A stretch of DNA of 64,000 nt from an uncultured Verrucomicrobiae bacterium (GTDB lineage Bacteria; Verrucomicrobiota; Verrucomicrobiia; Limisphaerales; Palsa-1400), in assembly GCA_963764165.1 (NCBI GenBank), contig CAVXRD010000002.1, positions 2,880,001 through 2,944,000 on the forward strand. Reading direction: 5' to 3'. The notes beneath the pieces were generated by a model. It ran no database searches, was not told the origin of the DNA, and was given only the letters and a program-made list of their open reading frames with translations. Each line of letters begins with the position of its first letter. Within the stretch, counting starts at the first letter, position 1. The position numbers and the translations under genes were made by a program. Of the stretch, positions 19,082 through 32,215 are shown piece after piece.

Positions 19082-22000
19082 ATGAGCGAAACAAGAGCAA
19101 ACAGAATTGGGCCCACTTGTTGGCCAACAAAACAGGGCTTGTATGATCCGCAGTTTGAGCATGACGCCTGCGGGGTCGGCTTCGTTGTCGATATCAAAGG
19201 CCGCAAGTCGCACAAGATTATCCGCGATGCTCTGACGATCCTTATCAATCTCAACCATCGCGGCGCCTGCGGCTGCGAGGCCAATACCGGCGATGGCGCG
19301 GGCATCCTGATGCAGATTCCGCACGGCTTTTTCAAGGCGGTGCTGCCCAAGGACAAAATCAAGCTCCCCGCCGCTGGCGAATACGGCGTGGCGGCGGTTT
19401 TCCTGCCGCGCGATCCCAACGAGCGCCGCCGCTGCGAAACGATCTTCGAGAATATCGTCGTCGAGGAAGGCCAGAAATTCCTCGGCTGGCGCGTGGTGCC
19501 GACCGACAATTCGAGCCTGGGGGCGACCGCGCAGGCTACCGAGCCGCGCATGCAGCAAGCCTTTATCCGGCGCGGGCCAAAAACGACGGACGAGGCGGCA
19601 TTCGAGCGCAAACTGTACGTTATTCGCAAGCGCGCCGAGCGTTCAATTCGTTACGCGGCGGTCAAAGGCGGCCATTTGTTTTACATTTCGAGCTTGTCCA
19701 GCCGCACGCTGGTTTACAAAGGGATGCTGCTGACAGAGCAGATGGATCTTTATTATCCCGACCTGAAGAATCCCGCGATGGAAAGCGCCTTGGCGCTGGT
19801 GCATTCGCGCTTCAGCACCAATACTTTTCCAAGCTGGGATCGCGCGCATCCAAACCGCTACATCGCGCACAACGGAGAAATCAACACGCTTCGCGGAAAC
19901 GTCAATTGGATGCAGGCGCGCCAGGCCATTTGCGAGAGTGATTTATTCGGCAGCGATTTCAAAAAGCTGCTTCCGATCATCAACACCGACGGATCCGATT
20001 CCGGCATGTTCGACAACTGCCTTGAATTGCTGGTGCTCTCTGGCCGTTCGTTGCCGCACGCGGTGATGATGATGATTCCCGAGCCGTGGTCCAATCACGC
20101 CACGATGAGCGACGAGAAAAAGGCCTTTTACGAATATCACAGTTGCCTGATGGAACCGTGGGACGGCCCGGCTTCGATTGCCTTCACCGACGGCCGCAAA
20201 ATCGGCGCGGTGCTGGATCGAAACGGCTTGCGCCCTTCCCGTTATTACGTGACGAAGGACGATTTGGTCATCATGGCGTCGGAAGTCGGAGTGCTGGATA
20301 TTCCGGCCGATCGCATTTTGGAAAAAGGGCGCTTGCAACCCGGCCGCATGTTCCTGGTGGACACGGAAGAAGGCCGCATCGTCGACGATGAAGAATTAAA
20401 ACAGAAGATCGCCACGGAACAGCCGTATCGCAAGTGGTTGAACGAGCATTTGCTCGATTTGGCCAGCATCCAGGAATCGGCCCACGCGGCGGAGACTTCG
20501 CATAATACCGTTTTGCAGCGCCAGCAGGCGTTCGGATACACGTTCGAGGACTTGCGAATCGTGATGGCCCCGATGGCCCGCGAGGGCGTCGAGGCGCTCG
20601 GCTCGATGGGCTGCGACACGCCGCTGGCGGTGCTCTCAAACAGGCCGCAGCTTCTCTACAACTATTTCAAACAATTGTTCGCGCAGGTGACCAATCCTCC
20701 GATTGATTGCATTCGCGAAGAATTGGTGACTTCAGCCGTCACGACGATTGGCTCCGAGCGCAATTTGCTGAAGCCAAAGCCTGCGAGCTGCAACTTGATC
20801 AAGCTGGCCGCGCCGGTTTTGACGAACGAGGAATTCGCCAAGCTGAAATACATCCGGCAGGCGGGCTTCAAATCGGTCACGCTGCCCATTCTATTCCGCG
20901 CTGCCGATTGCGAGGCGGGATTGGTTCGCGCATTGGACGATTTGTGCGCCCGAGCCTCGAGTGCTGTCGAAGCTGGCGCAAACATTGTCATTCTTTCCGA
21001 CCGCGGTGTTGACGTGGAACTGGCGGCCATTCCCGCCTTGCTGGCGGTTGCGGCGGTGCATCATCATTTGATCCGAGAAGGCTCCCGCACGCGCGTCGGG
21101 CTTGTTCTTGAATCGGGCGAGCCGCGCGAGGTGCATCATTTCTCGCTGCTCATCGGATTTGGCGCGGGCGCGATCAATCCTTACGTCGCGTTTGAAACGC
21201 TCGACGACATGATCCGCCAGGGGTTGCTGACAAACGTCACGCACAAAGTCGCGTGCAAGAATTACGTCAAGGCCGCGGTCAAAGGCGTGGTGAAGGTGAT
21301 TTCCAAAATGGGAATCTCGACCATCCAAAGTTATCGCGGCGCGCAAATTTTCGAGGCCATCGGACTGCATCCTTCGGTCGTGGAACGGTATTTTACCGGC
21401 ACAGCGTCCCGCGTCGGCGGCGTTGGCCTCGATGTGATCGCGCGCGAAGTGCAGTTGCGCCACGCAGAGGCATTCCCGGATCGTCAAGTGAACGGCCACA
21501 CGTTGGAGGTGGGCGGTTTTTACCAATGGCGTTCCGAAGGCGAGCATCATCTTTTCAATCCGCAGACAGTCCACAAATTGCAGGCCGCCTGCCGCAATGC
21601 GGATTACAAGGCGTTCAAGGAATATTCCGCCGCGGTCAACGACCAATCGAAACGCGCCAGCACCTTGCGCGGATTGCTGGAATTGAAATTCGGCAACCAG
21701 CCACCCGTGCCGATTGAAGAAGTCGAGCCGCTGGAAAACATTTTGAAGCGTTTCAAATCCGGCGCGATGTCCTACGGCTCGATCAGCAAGGAAGCGCACG
21801 AGGCGCTCGCCATCGCCATGAACCGAATCGGTGGCCGGAGCAACACCGGCGAAGGCGGCGAGGATCCCGCGCGTTACGAACTGGAACCGAACGGCGATTC
21901 CAAAAACAGCGCCATCAAGCAGGTCGCTTCCGCGCGTTTCGGCGTCACCAGCCTCTATCTTGTCAAAGCCAAAGAGCTGCAAATCAAAATGGCCCAGGGC

Positions 22001-23707
22001 GCCAAGCCCGGCGAAGGCGGCCAGTTGCCCGGCGGCAAGGTTTATCCGTGGATCGCCAAAGTGCGCCACGCCACGCCCGGCGTCGGATTGATTTCACCGC
22101 CGCCGCATCACGATATTTATTCTATCGAGGATCTTGCGGAACTCATTCACGATTTGAAGAACGCCAATCAGGAGGCGCGCATCAGCGTCAAATTGGTGGC
22201 GGAAGTCGGCGTGGGCACCATCGCCGCGGGCGTCGCAAAAGCGCATGCCGATGTCGTGCTCATTAGCGGACACGACGGCGGCACCGGCGCGTCGCCGCAG
22301 ACGAGCATCAAGCATGCGGGCATTCCGTGGGAACTCGGATTGGCCGAAACGCACCAAACGCTCGTGCTCAACAATCTCCGCAGCCGCATCGTGGTCGAGG
22401 CGGACGGCCAACTGAAAACCGGGCGCGATGTCATTGTGGCTGCGCTGCTGGGCGCGGAAGAATTCGGTTTTGCCACCGCGCCGCTGGTTTCGCTGGGCTG
22501 CATCATGATGCGCGTTTGCCATCTCGACACCTGCCCGGTTGGCGTGGCCACACAAAATCCGGCCCTGCGCAAAAATTTCAAAGGCGACCCGGCTCACGCG
22601 GTCAACTTCATGAAGTTCATCGCGACGGAAGTTCGCGAATTGATGGCGCAGCTCGGTTTCCGCACCATCAACGAAATGGTCGGCCGCGCCGATTACCTTG
22701 AAGCCCGCGAAGCCATCGAGCATTGGAAAGCGCGCGGACTTGATTTCACGAACATCCTCTACCAACCGAACGCGCCCGAGGAGTATGGCCGTTATCAAAC
22801 GCTGCCGCAGGATCACGGCCTCGCCGATGCGCTTGACAACAAGGTGCTGCTCAAGCTGGCCGAACCCGCCTTGGCGCGCGGCGAAAAAGTCGAGGCGACG
22901 ATGCCGATACGCAACATCAACCGCGTGGTCGGGACCATTCTCGGCAGCGAAGTCACTCGGCGTTACGGCGTCGCTGGGCTTCCCGAGGACACGATCAAGA
23001 TTCATTTCAAAGGATCGGCCGGGCAAAGCTTCGGCGCGTTCATGCCGAGCGGCATGACATGGACGCTTGAAGGCGATGCCAACGATTCGCTCGGCAAGGG
23101 ATTGTGCGGCGGCAAAATTATCGTATTCCCACCTGAAGGATCCACCTTCGTCGCGGAAAAGAACATCATCACAGGCAACGTCGCCCTCTACGGCGCGACG
23201 CGTGGCGAGGCTTACATTCGCGGGATGGCGGGTGAGCGCTTCTGCGTCCGCAACAGCGGCGCGAGCGCGGTGGTGGAATCCGTTGGCGATCACGGCTGCG
23301 AATACATGACCGGCGGACGCGTCGTCGTGCTGGGGCCGGCGGGGCGGAATTTTGCCGCCGGAATGTCTGGCGGCGTCGCCTACGTTCTCGATGAGGCGAA
23401 GACTTTCGAAAAAAATTGCAACTTGCAAATGGTTGATTTGGGCAAGGTGGAAGATGCGGCGGAAATTGAAGAACTTCGTCTCATGATCCATCGCCACGCC
23501 CAATACACCCGCAGCCAGCGCGCCTTCAAAGTGCTTGCATTATGGGAGGAAATGCTTCCCAAATTTGTCAAAGTCATGCCGAAGGATTACAAGCGCGCTC
23601 TCGAATGCATGCGCCGAGTCGAACAAACAGGTCTCAGCGGCGAGGAAGCCGTGATGGCTGCATTTGAGGAAAATGCCCGCGACGCCGCGCGCGTTGGCGG
23701 CAGCTAA
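19082..23707 (+). CDS. gltB: glutamate synthase large subunit
   Basis: [67 protein letters not shown]. Confidence 0.98.
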   Translation: MSETRANRIGPTCWPTKQGLYDPQFEHDACGVGFVVDIKGRKSHKIIRDALTILINLNHRGACGCEANTGDGAGILMQIPHGFFKAVLPKDKIKLPAAGEYGVAAVFLPRDPNERRRCETIFENIVVEEGQKFLGWRVVPTDNSSLGATAQATEPRMQQAFIRRGPKTTDEAAFERKLYVIRKRAERSIRYAAVKGGHLFYISSLSSRTLVYKGMLLTEQMDLYYPDLKNPAMESALALVHSRFSTNTFPSWDRAHPNRYIAHNGEINTLRGNVNWMQARQAICESDLFGSDFKKLLPIINTDGSDSGMFDNCLELLVLSGRSLPHAVMMMIPEPWSNHATMSDEKKAFYEYHSCLMEPWDGPASIAFTDGRKIGAVLDRNGLRPSRYYVTKDDLVIMASEVGVLDIPADRILEKGRLQPGRMFLVDTEEGRIVDDEELKQKIATEQPYRKWLNEHLLDLASIQESAHAAETSHNTVLQRQQAFGYTFEDLRIVMAPMAREGVEALGSMGCDTPLAVLSNRPQLLYNYFKQLFAQVTNPPIDCIREELVTSAVTTIGSERNLLKPKPASCNLIKLAAPVLTNEEFAKLKYIRQAGFKSVTLPILFRAADCEAGLVRALDDLCARASSAVEAGANIVILSDRGVDVELAAIPALLAVAAVHHHLIREGSRTRVGLVLESGEPREVHHFSLLIGFGAGAINPYVAFETLDDMIRQGLLTNVTHKVACKNYVKAAVKGVVKVISKMGISTIQSYRGAQIFEAIGLHPSVVERYFTGTASRVGGVGLDVIAREVQLRHAEAFPDRQVNGHTLEVGGFYQWRSEGEHHLFNPQTVHKLQAACRNADYKAFKEYSAAVNDQSKRASTLRGLLELKFGNQPPVPIEEVEPLENILKRFKSGAMSYGSISKEAHEALAIAMNRIGGRSNTGEGGEDPARYELEPNGDSKNSAIKQVASARFGVTSLYLVKAKELQIKMAQGAKPGEGGQLPGGKVYPWIAKVRHATPGVGLISPPPHHDIYSIEDLAELIHDLKNANQEARISVKLVAEVGVGTIAAGVAKAHADVVLISGHDGGTGASPQTSIKHAGIPWELGLAETHQTLVLNNLRSRIVVEADGQLKTGRDVIVAALLGAEEFGFATAPLVSLGCIMMRVCHLDTCPVGVATQNPALRKNFKGDPAHAVNFMKFIATEVRELMAQLGFRTINEMVGRADYLEAREAIEHWKARGLDFTNILYQPNAPEEYGRYQTLPQDHGLADALDNKVLLKLAEPALARGEKVEATMPIRNINRVVGTILGSEVTRRYGVAGLPEDTIKIHFKGSAGQSFGAFMPSGMTWTLEGDANDSLGKGLCGGKIIVFPPEGSTFVAEKNIITGNVALYGATRGEAYIRGMAGERFCVRNSGASAVVESVGDHGCEYMTGGRVVVLGPAGRNFAAGMSGGVAYVLDEAKTFEKNCNLQMVDLGKVEDAAEIEELRLMIHRHAQYTRSQRAFKVLALWEEMLPKFVKVMPKDYKRALECMRRVEQTGLSGEEAVMAAFEENARDAARVGGS

Positions 23708-23729
23708 TCTCCACCCCCTAAACACTTCA

Positions 23730-25211
<1,482 letters not shown>

Positions 25212-25303
25212 AGCGCAGGCTTGGCGCTTCACTGTTAGAGCACAGGGTTTTCTTGGCGAAATGCCGGAGTTGGTATAGATTCACCGCAGAGATAGCTTGT
25301 CTT

Positions 25304-25555
25304 ATGAGCGTTACAATTCAATTGGATCTGCCTGAAGGCTTGATTCAGGAAGCCCGCCAAATGGGCTTGCTTGAAAATCAGCGCGTGGCGGAGTTGGTAG
25401 CAGACGAGGTGCGGCGGAGGAACGCGGGGCTGAATTTGAAGAAAACGCTGGATGAAATTCGTGCGACGCCGGGCGAGCCGTTGGCCATCGACGAAATAAA
25501 TGCCGAAATAAAGGCTGCACGGGCCGAGCGTCGTGCCCGTGAAGCTCGTCGTTGA
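25304..25555 (+). CDS. putative antitoxin
   Basis: MSVTIQLDLPE N-terminus, 83 aa, overlaps the downstream PIN gene; TTGGCG-N17-TAGATT upstream. Confidence 0.7.
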   Translation: MSVTIQLDLPEGLIQEARQMGLLENQRVAELVADEVRRRNAGLNLKKTLDEIRATPGEPLAIDEINAEIKAARAERRAREARR

Positions 25556-25967
25556 CATCAACGTGCTGGTGTCGGGCTCGCTTTGGCGGGGAAATCCGTC
25601 CCGCCTCGTCGATGCGCTCTTAGACGGCTCTGCGACGCTTTGTGCCTCTGCCTCCCTTTTCGCCGAACTCGAGGAAGTTCTCCAGCGAGAGAAATTCCAG
25701 AAACGCCTTAATGAAACCGGAAGCAATGCAAACGAAATTATCTCCCGGTTCAAAGCGTCGTCGTTGGTTGCAGAAGGCCCGCCCATCCCGGCGCCATCGG
25801 CCCTTCGTGACCCTGATGATCTCCATGTGCTTGCCTGCGCCGCGCACGCGCGGGCCGATGCAATCGTTACCGGCGACAACGATCTGCTCTCATTAAAATC
25901 CTTCGATGGCATCCCCATTCTGAGCGTGCGGCAAGCGCTCGAGATACAGGGCCTTTCTTCAACTTGA
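25539..25967 (+). CDS. PIN-domain toxin (VapC-like)
   Basis: VVDINVLVSG, ELEEVL, RDPDDLHVLACA, IVTGDNDLL. Confidence 0.9.
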   Translation: MKLVVDINVLVSGSLWRGNPSRLVDALLDGSATLCASASLFAELEEVLQREKFQKRLNETGSNANEIISRFKASSLVAEGPPIPAPSALRDPDDLHVLACAAHARADAIVTGDNDLLSLKSFDGIPILSVRQALEIQGLSST

Positions 25968-26053
25968 AATCGTATCAGACCAGGCTGTTGGAGACCGGGG
26001 GCCCCCAGACCCTGCTTGCCAAGTGCCCGCCTGTCGCTAGAATTCCGGAGGTC

Positions 26054-28675
26054 ATGATCACAAAACCTCTTCTTTTTGCGTGCGCTTGCTTGGGCGCGTT
26101 TGCCGTGCTGGCGGATGATTTGAATTTGAACGCGCCGCATGGAGGGCCGGGCGAGGCCCATCCCATCAGGCGCAACTACGCGCCGGATCGCAGCGCCGGG
26201 TTCTCCCACATGAGCCTGGACATCACACCGAGCTTTGAGCAGCACACGATCACCGGCAAAGTGGTTTTCAATTTCAAGCCCGTGGCCAAATCGCTCGATC
26301 AATTGGAATTGAACGCGTCGGACATGACCATCGACGGAGTGGAGTCGAGCGCGAAGATTCAAGCGTGGCAATATGCGAAGGACAAATTGATCGTCACTTT
26401 CGCCGAGGCTATTCCGGCCGGCCAGGATTCAACTTTGTCGATTCGTTATCACGCGCAGCCGGTGAAGGGGCTTTATTTTCGCACGCCGGACATGGGCTAC
26501 AAGGCGGGCGACGAACATTTGTTCACGCAGGGCGAAGCCATCGACAATCGCTATTGGTATCCGTGCCCGGACGAGCCGATTGACAAATATACGACTGAAG
26601 TCACTTGCCATGTTCCTGAAGGGATGACCGTGCTCTCCAACGGAAGACTCGTTTCCAACGAAAAGGACGGGGCGGGCTTGAACGCATTCCATTGGTCGCA
26701 GGAAAAGCCCCATGCCAATTATCTCGTCTCGCTGGTGGCGGGCTATTTCAAAAGCGTCGAAGACAAGCACAACGACACGCCGCTCGCAATGTATGTCCCG
26801 CCTTCGGACATCGCGGAGGCGCCCAATTCGTTTGTTGACACCAAGGACATCATGGATTTCTTCGAGCACGAAATCGGCGTGCCGTTTCCGTGGGCCAAGT
26901 ATTACCAGGTGCTCGTGCAGGATTTCATGGAGGGCGGCATGGAAAATACCAGCCTCACGACGGAAACGGAATTCACGCTCTTCACGCCGGCCACAGAGAA
27001 TTTGCATTCCAGCCAGGGATTGGTTTCGCATGAAATGGCGCACCAATGGTTCGGAGATTTGGTGACGTGCAAAGACTGGAGCCAAATCTGGCTTAACGAG
27101 GGTTTCGCAACCTACTACTCGACTTTGTATGACGGCCATAAGGACGGCGAGGACGCGATGCTCTACAATTTCTACAAGCGACTCCGGTCCTTGACGTCGT
27201 CGAGCAACACCGCTCCCATCGTCAACCGAAAGTTCGAGTCGCCGGACGACATCTTCGGAAGCCTCGTCTACGACAAAGCCAGCTATGTGTTGCGCATGCT
27301 GCGGACGCAACTCGGCGCGGACTTGTATCGCAAATGCATCAAAACGTATTTGGAACGCCATCAATACGGCAGCGTCGTGACGGAAGATTTGTCGGACGTC
27401 ATTGAAGAACTTTCCGGCAAATCGTATGACCAATTTTTCGATCAATGGATGTATCATGGACTGTTCCCGCAATTGTCCGTTTCTTATTCATGGGACGAAA
27501 AAACGAAGCTCGCGAAAATAACCATCCAACAAACGCAAGCTGTGAATGACGAAGTGCTGCTGTTCGATTTCCCGCTCAACATCGCCTTCAAAGGCAAATC
27601 CGGCCGCATCGAGAAGACCGTCACTGTCAAACAAACCTCGGAGGATTTCTATTTCGCCCTCCCGGAAGCCCCGGACCAGGTGCGGCTGGACCCGCGCGTG
27701 GAAGTGCTGGCAAAAATTACCATCGACCTGCCGCCAGCGATGATCGCTGCCGAATTGGCCGACGATTCTGACGTTGTCGCACGGTTGGACGCGGTCGCCT
27801 CTTTGCGCGATAAAAAAGATCACGCCACGATTGACCAATTGTCCCGTGCGCTCAATCACGATCCGTTTTACGGCGTGCGCATTGACGCCGCTTCCGCGCT
27901 CGCCTCGATGCGCTCCGATGAAAGTTTGAAAGTTCTGATCGCCTCGCTGGATCAAAAGGATGCGCGCGTGCGGAACGCCGTTGCCAGCGGCATCGCGGCA
28001 TTTTACAAGCCCGCTGCCAAGGAAGCGGTGCTTAAAGCGCTGGCCTCCGAGCAGAATCCGGATATCGAAGCGCAATATATTCGCGGATTGGCCAATTACT
28101 CGGAGCCGGAAATTCATGATCGTTTGCTCACGTGCTTGAAATCGCAGTCCTATCGCAACCGCCTGACGGAGGCCGCGATCTCCACCATGCGCACACAGGA
28201 TGACGCGGCGTATGCGGAGCCAATCCGCAAAGCGCTGGAGGAGCGCCGCGCCGATTTCACCACGGGCGGAGTCTCATCCGCCTTGGATGCCATTGCGTTC
28301 CTTTCGCGCAACGACGAGCGGAAGGACTTCGTCCGGGGATTTCTGATTGCCTTTTTGAATGACAAGAATGTCTCGATCCGCAATGGAGCCATCAGGGCGC
28401 TTGGAACTTTGGGTGACGCGCGCGCGATTGCAGTCCTGCAAACATTTGCAAACGCCAGCCGCGAAATTCCAGAGCAAGCTCCGGCCGAGGCTGCGATTCA
28501 GTCAATCCGCTCCAATCGCAAGCAGGGTGATAATTTGAAAGACTTGCGCGACACCGTTTCAGACTTGCAAAAGGAAAATCGCCAATTGCGCAAAGACCTG
28601 GATACGCTTCAGAAAAAATTCGAAGCCATCCCTGAACTGCCACCCGCCAAAAAGTCCAAGAAACAGTCCAAATAG
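26054..28675 (+). CDS. M1 family aminopeptidase with HEAT repeats and C-terminal coiled coil
   Basis: GGMEN, HEMAHQWFGDLVT...LNEGFA; signal peptide; HEAT-like repeats. Confidence 0.92.
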   Translation: MITKPLLFACACLGAFAVLADDLNLNAPHGGPGEAHPIRRNYAPDRSAGFSHMSLDITPSFEQHTITGKVVFNFKPVAKSLDQLELNASDMTIDGVESSAKIQAWQYAKDKLIVTFAEAIPAGQDSTLSIRYHAQPVKGLYFRTPDMGYKAGDEHLFTQGEAIDNRYWYPCPDEPIDKYTTEVTCHVPEGMTVLSNGRLVSNEKDGAGLNAFHWSQEKPHANYLVSLVAGYFKSVEDKHNDTPLAMYVPPSDIAEAPNSFVDTKDIMDFFEHEIGVPFPWAKYYQVLVQDFMEGGMENTSLTTETEFTLFTPATENLHSSQGLVSHEMAHQWFGDLVTCKDWSQIWLNEGFATYYSTLYDGHKDGEDAMLYNFYKRLRSLTSSSNTAPIVNRKFESPDDIFGSLVYDKASYVLRMLRTQLGADLYRKCIKTYLERHQYGSVVTEDLSDVIEELSGKSYDQFFDQWMYHGLFPQLSVSYSWDEKTKLAKITIQQTQAVNDEVLLFDFPLNIAFKGKSGRIEKTVTVKQTSEDFYFALPEAPDQVRLDPRVEVLAKITIDLPPAMIAAELADDSDVVARLDAVASLRDKKDHATIDQLSRALNHDPFYGVRIDAASALASMRSDESLKVLIASLDQKDARVRNAVASGIAAFYKPAAKEAVLKALASEQNPDIEAQYIRGLANYSEPEIHDRLLTCLKSQSYRNRLTEAAISTMRTQDDAAYAEPIRKALEERRADFTTGGVSSALDAIAFLSRNDERKDFVRGFLIAFLNDKNVSIRNGAIRALGTLGDARAIAVLQTFANASREIPEQAPAEAAIQSIRSNRKQGDNLKDLRDTVSDLQKENRQLRKDLDTLQKKFEAIPELPPAKKSKKQSK

Positions 28676-28680
28676 GATGT

Positions 28681-29493
28681 TTAATGAACGGGCTGCCCGT
28701 TGTAGGTCCAATTAATATCTGTCCGTCCCGGGTCACCCGCGCTTGTCCCTGTATTGGTGCAAATGTAGGAGTATTTGAAATAGGCCGCATGCCCGTCGGA
28801 GAACGTCAAGTCGGCTCCCGCGCTGTGCCGCGATGAAAGACGCGTCGTGTAAATATGGGAGCACGCCAGAGTCGCAGGCGTCGTCCCGTAATACGGGATC
28901 TCGGAAGCGTGCGTCCGCACGTCCGCCAGAAACACAAACGCTGACGGGTGTTGGACGAGTTTGGACGTGAAGATCGTGCCCGTTGGGAGTCCGAAATTGC
29001 CTTTGTAATTCATGGCAAAATTGAAAACGACTCGCGTCAGCGGCGGCGTGTTGACATCGGGTGGAAGCGCGCTCGAGGTGGCGCAATTGAATATGCCAGG
29101 ATTGTTGACGAAGTTGGCCGGATTGGCCGCATACTGCCAGAGCGATTGCTTGCCGACATAGGGCGGAAGAACGTTATACCAAACCGCCGTGCCGCTCCCC
29201 GCAGCCTGAGCGGCCGTGAGATCCTCCCAGCGCGGCGTGTCCTCATTGAAATCGCCGGGCAATCCGGGGCTGCCGTTTGTCAGCTTGGCATCTGGAAAAA
29301 CGCATGACGCGTCATCCAGGTACATATTCATCCCCAATCCCCATTGGTGGAGATTGTTGAGGCAGCTTGTGCGATTGGCATCTTCCTTTGCTTTCGCCAA
29401 AGCGGGCAGCAGCATCGACGCAAGAATGGCGATGATGGCGATGACAACCAGCAGTTCAATTAAAGTAAATGCCCGCGTGTATTTTAGTCTCAT
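28681..29493 (-). CDS. prepilin-type N-terminal methylation protein with H-X9-DG motif (DUF1559-like)
   Basis: [48 protein letters not shown]. Confidence 0.9.
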   Translation of the reverse strand: MRLKYTRAFTLIELLVVIAIIAILASMLLPALAKAKEDANRTSCLNNLHQWGLGMNMYLDDASCVFPDAKLTNGSPGLPGDFNEDTPRWEDLTAAQAAGSGTAVWYNVLPPYVGKQSLWQYAANPANFVNNPGIFNCATSSALPPDVNTPPLTRVVFNFAMNYKGNFGLPTGTIFTSKLVQHPSAFVFLADVRTHASEIPYYGTTPATLACSHIYTTRLSSRHSAGADLTFSDGHAAYFKYSYICTNTGTSAGDPGRTDINWTYNGQPVH

Positions 29494-29627
29494 GGTGTTT
29501 CGTCCGTCGATCGAGGATTAGCACAAGCGGGGCCAACGTGGTTTTCCCTCTGGCAGCGGCGAACGATGCCTTCACGGAGGGATAATTGTTATTCACTTTT
29601 CAGCGCGCACCGGATAAAAACTAGCCC

Positions 29628-30668
29628 GTGCATAAACGACAATGGCTCCAGGTCGCGATGTCCTTCCTGCTGTTTGCCGGGGCGGTCACGGTCGGATTGA
29701 TTATTCTCTTGAACGCCGCCTTTCAGCGCCTGTCGCACAGCGAATTCGTCGCGCTGGCCGACGCCAACGCCCAATTCATCCGCGAGTCAAACATTCCCGC
29801 GACCGATCGCATGGCCAGTTACATGAGCCAGTTGCTGGGCATGAGAGTGCAATTCAATCAGCCGGCACTCTCGTCCGCGAGTCAGGACGTTGCCAGCGTG
29901 AATGTGATGCCGGGTGTTGAGTTGACGCTGGTGCGCGAGCGTCCAACACTGCGAGCGCTTCTGACTCGCCCCATCACAATTGTTTCGCTGCTGGTCTTTT
30001 GGGTGCTGTGGTTCGCGCTGGCGTGGGCGGTGGCGATTCCCTATATCCGCACGGAACGATTGGCCATGCTGGGGGGAATGGCAACGGCGATGGCGCATGA
30101 GATTCGCAATCCGGTAACGGCCATTCGGCTGCATGCCCAGTTGCTGCAGGAGACCGATGCCGCAACAGGCGGATTGATTGTGGGCGAAGCGTCACGCATT
30201 GAGGACATTGTCAACCAATGGATGTTTCTGGCCCGGCCCGCGCCGCCTCTTCGTCAAAGCGTCGCCGTCGCGGATTTGCTGGGGCACACCGCCGGCCTCC
30301 TTGCACCGTCCAGCCATTACGCGAAAGTTGAAGTTATTATTGACGCTGATCCCAAGTGGGAAATCTCCGTTGATCGCCAGCGGATGGAGCAGGTTTTCCA
30401 CAACATCATGCGCAATGCCATTCAAGCCATGCCGTCCGGCGGCGTCCTGACGATCACCGCGCGTGGAGGGACAATCAGTTTTGCCGACACCGGCAGGGGG
30501 TTTTCTGACAAGGCTCTCCGCCGCTGGCGCAATATGCTTTACTCTGAAAAGGAAGGCGGCATGGGCATCGGCCTCAATGTGGCGGATTCGATCGTTCGCG
30601 CCCACGGCGGAAAACTCGCGGTGGCGAACCGTTCCGGCGGCGGCGCGGTCGTCCGCATCGCTCTATGA
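29628..30668 (+). CDS. sensor histidine kinase
   Basis: Two TM helices; AHEIRNP H-box; NAIQAM; DTGRG; GMGIGL. Confidence 0.9.
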   Translation: MHKRQWLQVAMSFLLFAGAVTVGLIILLNAAFQRLSHSEFVALADANAQFIRESNIPATDRMASYMSQLLGMRVQFNQPALSSASQDVASVNVMPGVELTLVRERPTLRALLTRPITIVSLLVFWVLWFALAWAVAIPYIRTERLAMLGGMATAMAHEIRNPVTAIRLHAQLLQETDAATGGLIVGEASRIEDIVNQWMFLARPAPPLRQSVAVADLLGHTAGLLAPSSHYAKVEVIIDADPKWEISVDRQRMEQVFHNIMRNAIQAMPSGGVLTITARGGTISFADTGRGFSDKALRRWRNMLYSEKEGGMGIGLNVADSIVRAHGGKLAVANRSGGGAVVRIAL

Positions 30669-32053
30669 GTGATCCCGATTTGCTGATTATTGAAGACGAA
30701 GTGGCGCTGGCGCGGGCGCTGGCAACCGTCGGAGCGCGGGTCGGCGCCGTTCCGAAGACTTGCGCGTCCGGAACGGCTGGATTGCAGGAATTGGCCAAGG
30801 GAAAGTTTCGCCTCGTCGTGCTCGACATTGGCTTGCCGGACATGAACGGCCTGGCGGTTTTGGAAAAAATGAACCGGCTGAAACCGCGTCCGCCCGCATT
30901 GATCATCACGGCGCACGGCACGCTCCAGAATGCGGTCTCGGCGCGCAAATTGGGCGCGGTCGGCTACCTGGTAAAGCCGTTGGATTTGCATGACCTCGAA
31001 AAGCGAATGCGCGATTTGCTCGCGCAGCCCGCGGAAAGCTCGCCCCGTCATCATCTGGCGGCGGCGGTTGAAGAAACGGGATCCTTGCTGGGCGGGGCTG
31101 GCTCGGAAATGCAGCGCGTTTTCATCGGCATCGCTCACGCAGCCAACAGCGACGCGCCCGCGATTCTGACAGGTCCGACTGGCACCGGCAAAACGCTCGC
31201 CGCCCAGGTGATTCATTCCAACAGCCAGAGGCGTTCCGGCCCATTCGTCACCTTGCTGTGCGGCGCGATCCCGCAGGATTTGTTGGAGAGCGAATTATTC
31301 GGCCACGAAAAAAACGCGTTCACCGGCGCGGCCTCGATGCGCCCCGGCCATCTCGAGAGAGCGGCCGGAGGAACTTTGCTTTTGGACGAGGTGGCGGACA
31401 TCCCGCTGGCGACGCAGGCAAAACTCCTGCGATTCGTCGAAGAAAAAACATTCAATCGCGTCGGCGGCCGCCACGATATTCGAGTGGACGCCCGATTGAT
31501 TGCGGCCACGAACAAATCTCTCCGCGAGGAAGTTCAGGCGGGGCGATTTCGTGAAGACCTTTACTATCGGCTCCACGTTCTGGAAATCGAACTTCCGCCG
31601 CTGGCCAAGCGGCGCGAGGACATTCCAGCGCTCGCCGCGTATTTTCTTTCCAAGTTCGCGGCGGGCCGAGAACTGAGTTTTAACGCGGATTCCAACCGGC
31701 TCCTGCTGAATTATCCGTGGCCGGGAAATGTTCGAGAACTCCGCAATGCCATCGAGCATGCCGTGGCGGTCTGCGCCGGGGCGTCGATCCAGCCGCAGCA
31801 TTTTCCAGCGGCGCTCTTGCAGCCCGCGCTGAATTCAAACTCCATCGACCTCGACACCACGTTGCGGCAATGGGTTGCCGCGAAAGTCCAGGAGGGAGCG
31901 ACTTACAAGGAGCTTTATTCGGAGGTCGAAACGACCCTGTTGAAGAACCTCCTTCAACAATTCGGGCAGAAGCCAACCATCCTCGCGCGCGTGCTGAAAA
32001 TGAACCGCGCCACATTGCTAAAAAAACGCCGCGCCTTCGGACTGAGGACGTGA
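30665..32053 (+). CDS. sigma-54-dependent (NtrC family) response regulator
   Basis: Receiver (LDIGLPD, KP), GPTGTGKT, ESELFGHEKNAFTGA, LLLDEV, FREDLYYRL, WPGNVREL, HTH. Confidence 0.93.
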   Translation: MSDPDLLIIEDEVALARALATVGARVGAVPKTCASGTAGLQELAKGKFRLVVLDIGLPDMNGLAVLEKMNRLKPRPPALIITAHGTLQNAVSARKLGAVGYLVKPLDLHDLEKRMRDLLAQPAESSPRHHLAAAVEETGSLLGGAGSEMQRVFIGIAHAANSDAPAILTGPTGTGKTLAAQVIHSNSQRRSGPFVTLLCGAIPQDLLESELFGHEKNAFTGAASMRPGHLERAAGGTLLLDEVADIPLATQAKLLRFVEEKTFNRVGGRHDIRVDARLIAATNKSLREEVQAGRFREDLYYRLHVLEIELPPLAKRREDIPALAAYFLSKFAAGRELSFNADSNRLLLNYPWPGNVRELRNAIEHAVAVCAGASIQPQHFPAALLQPALNSNSIDLDTTLRQWVAAKVQEGATYKELYSEVETTLLKNLLQQFGQKPTILARVLKMNRATLLKKRRAFGLRT

Positions 32054-32090
32054 GGCAGGGTGGTGGGTGGACTTCGTTTATCCCTTTTCC

Positions 32091-32149
32091 GTGACGGGCA
32101 AAGATCTGTTCTCCGACGCGCCGGCGCCGCCTGACGAAAAAAGCGCAGG
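32091..32149 (+). repeat. duplicated 5' end of rarA (direct repeat of 33026-33084)
   Basis: 59 bp, 3 mismatches vs 33026-33084; upstream ~25 bp also similar. Confidence 0.85.
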
Positions 32150-32166
32150 ATTAGTGCGAGGGGCTA

Positions 32167-32215
32167 CGCGTGAATAATGCCTCAGCCCGGACGCCTCGGC
32201 GAGGCATCCCTACCT
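32167..32215. repeat. REP half-element (GTAG family A)
   Basis: cgcgtgaataatgcctcagcccggacgcctcggcgaggcatccctacct, near reverse complement of 62923-62971. Confidence 0.8.

Noticed and set aside
29494..32100. Sigma-54 (-24/-12) promoter near the NtrC-type regulator
   Set aside because: No convincing TGGCAC-N5-TTGC found by eye in adjacent intergenic DNA
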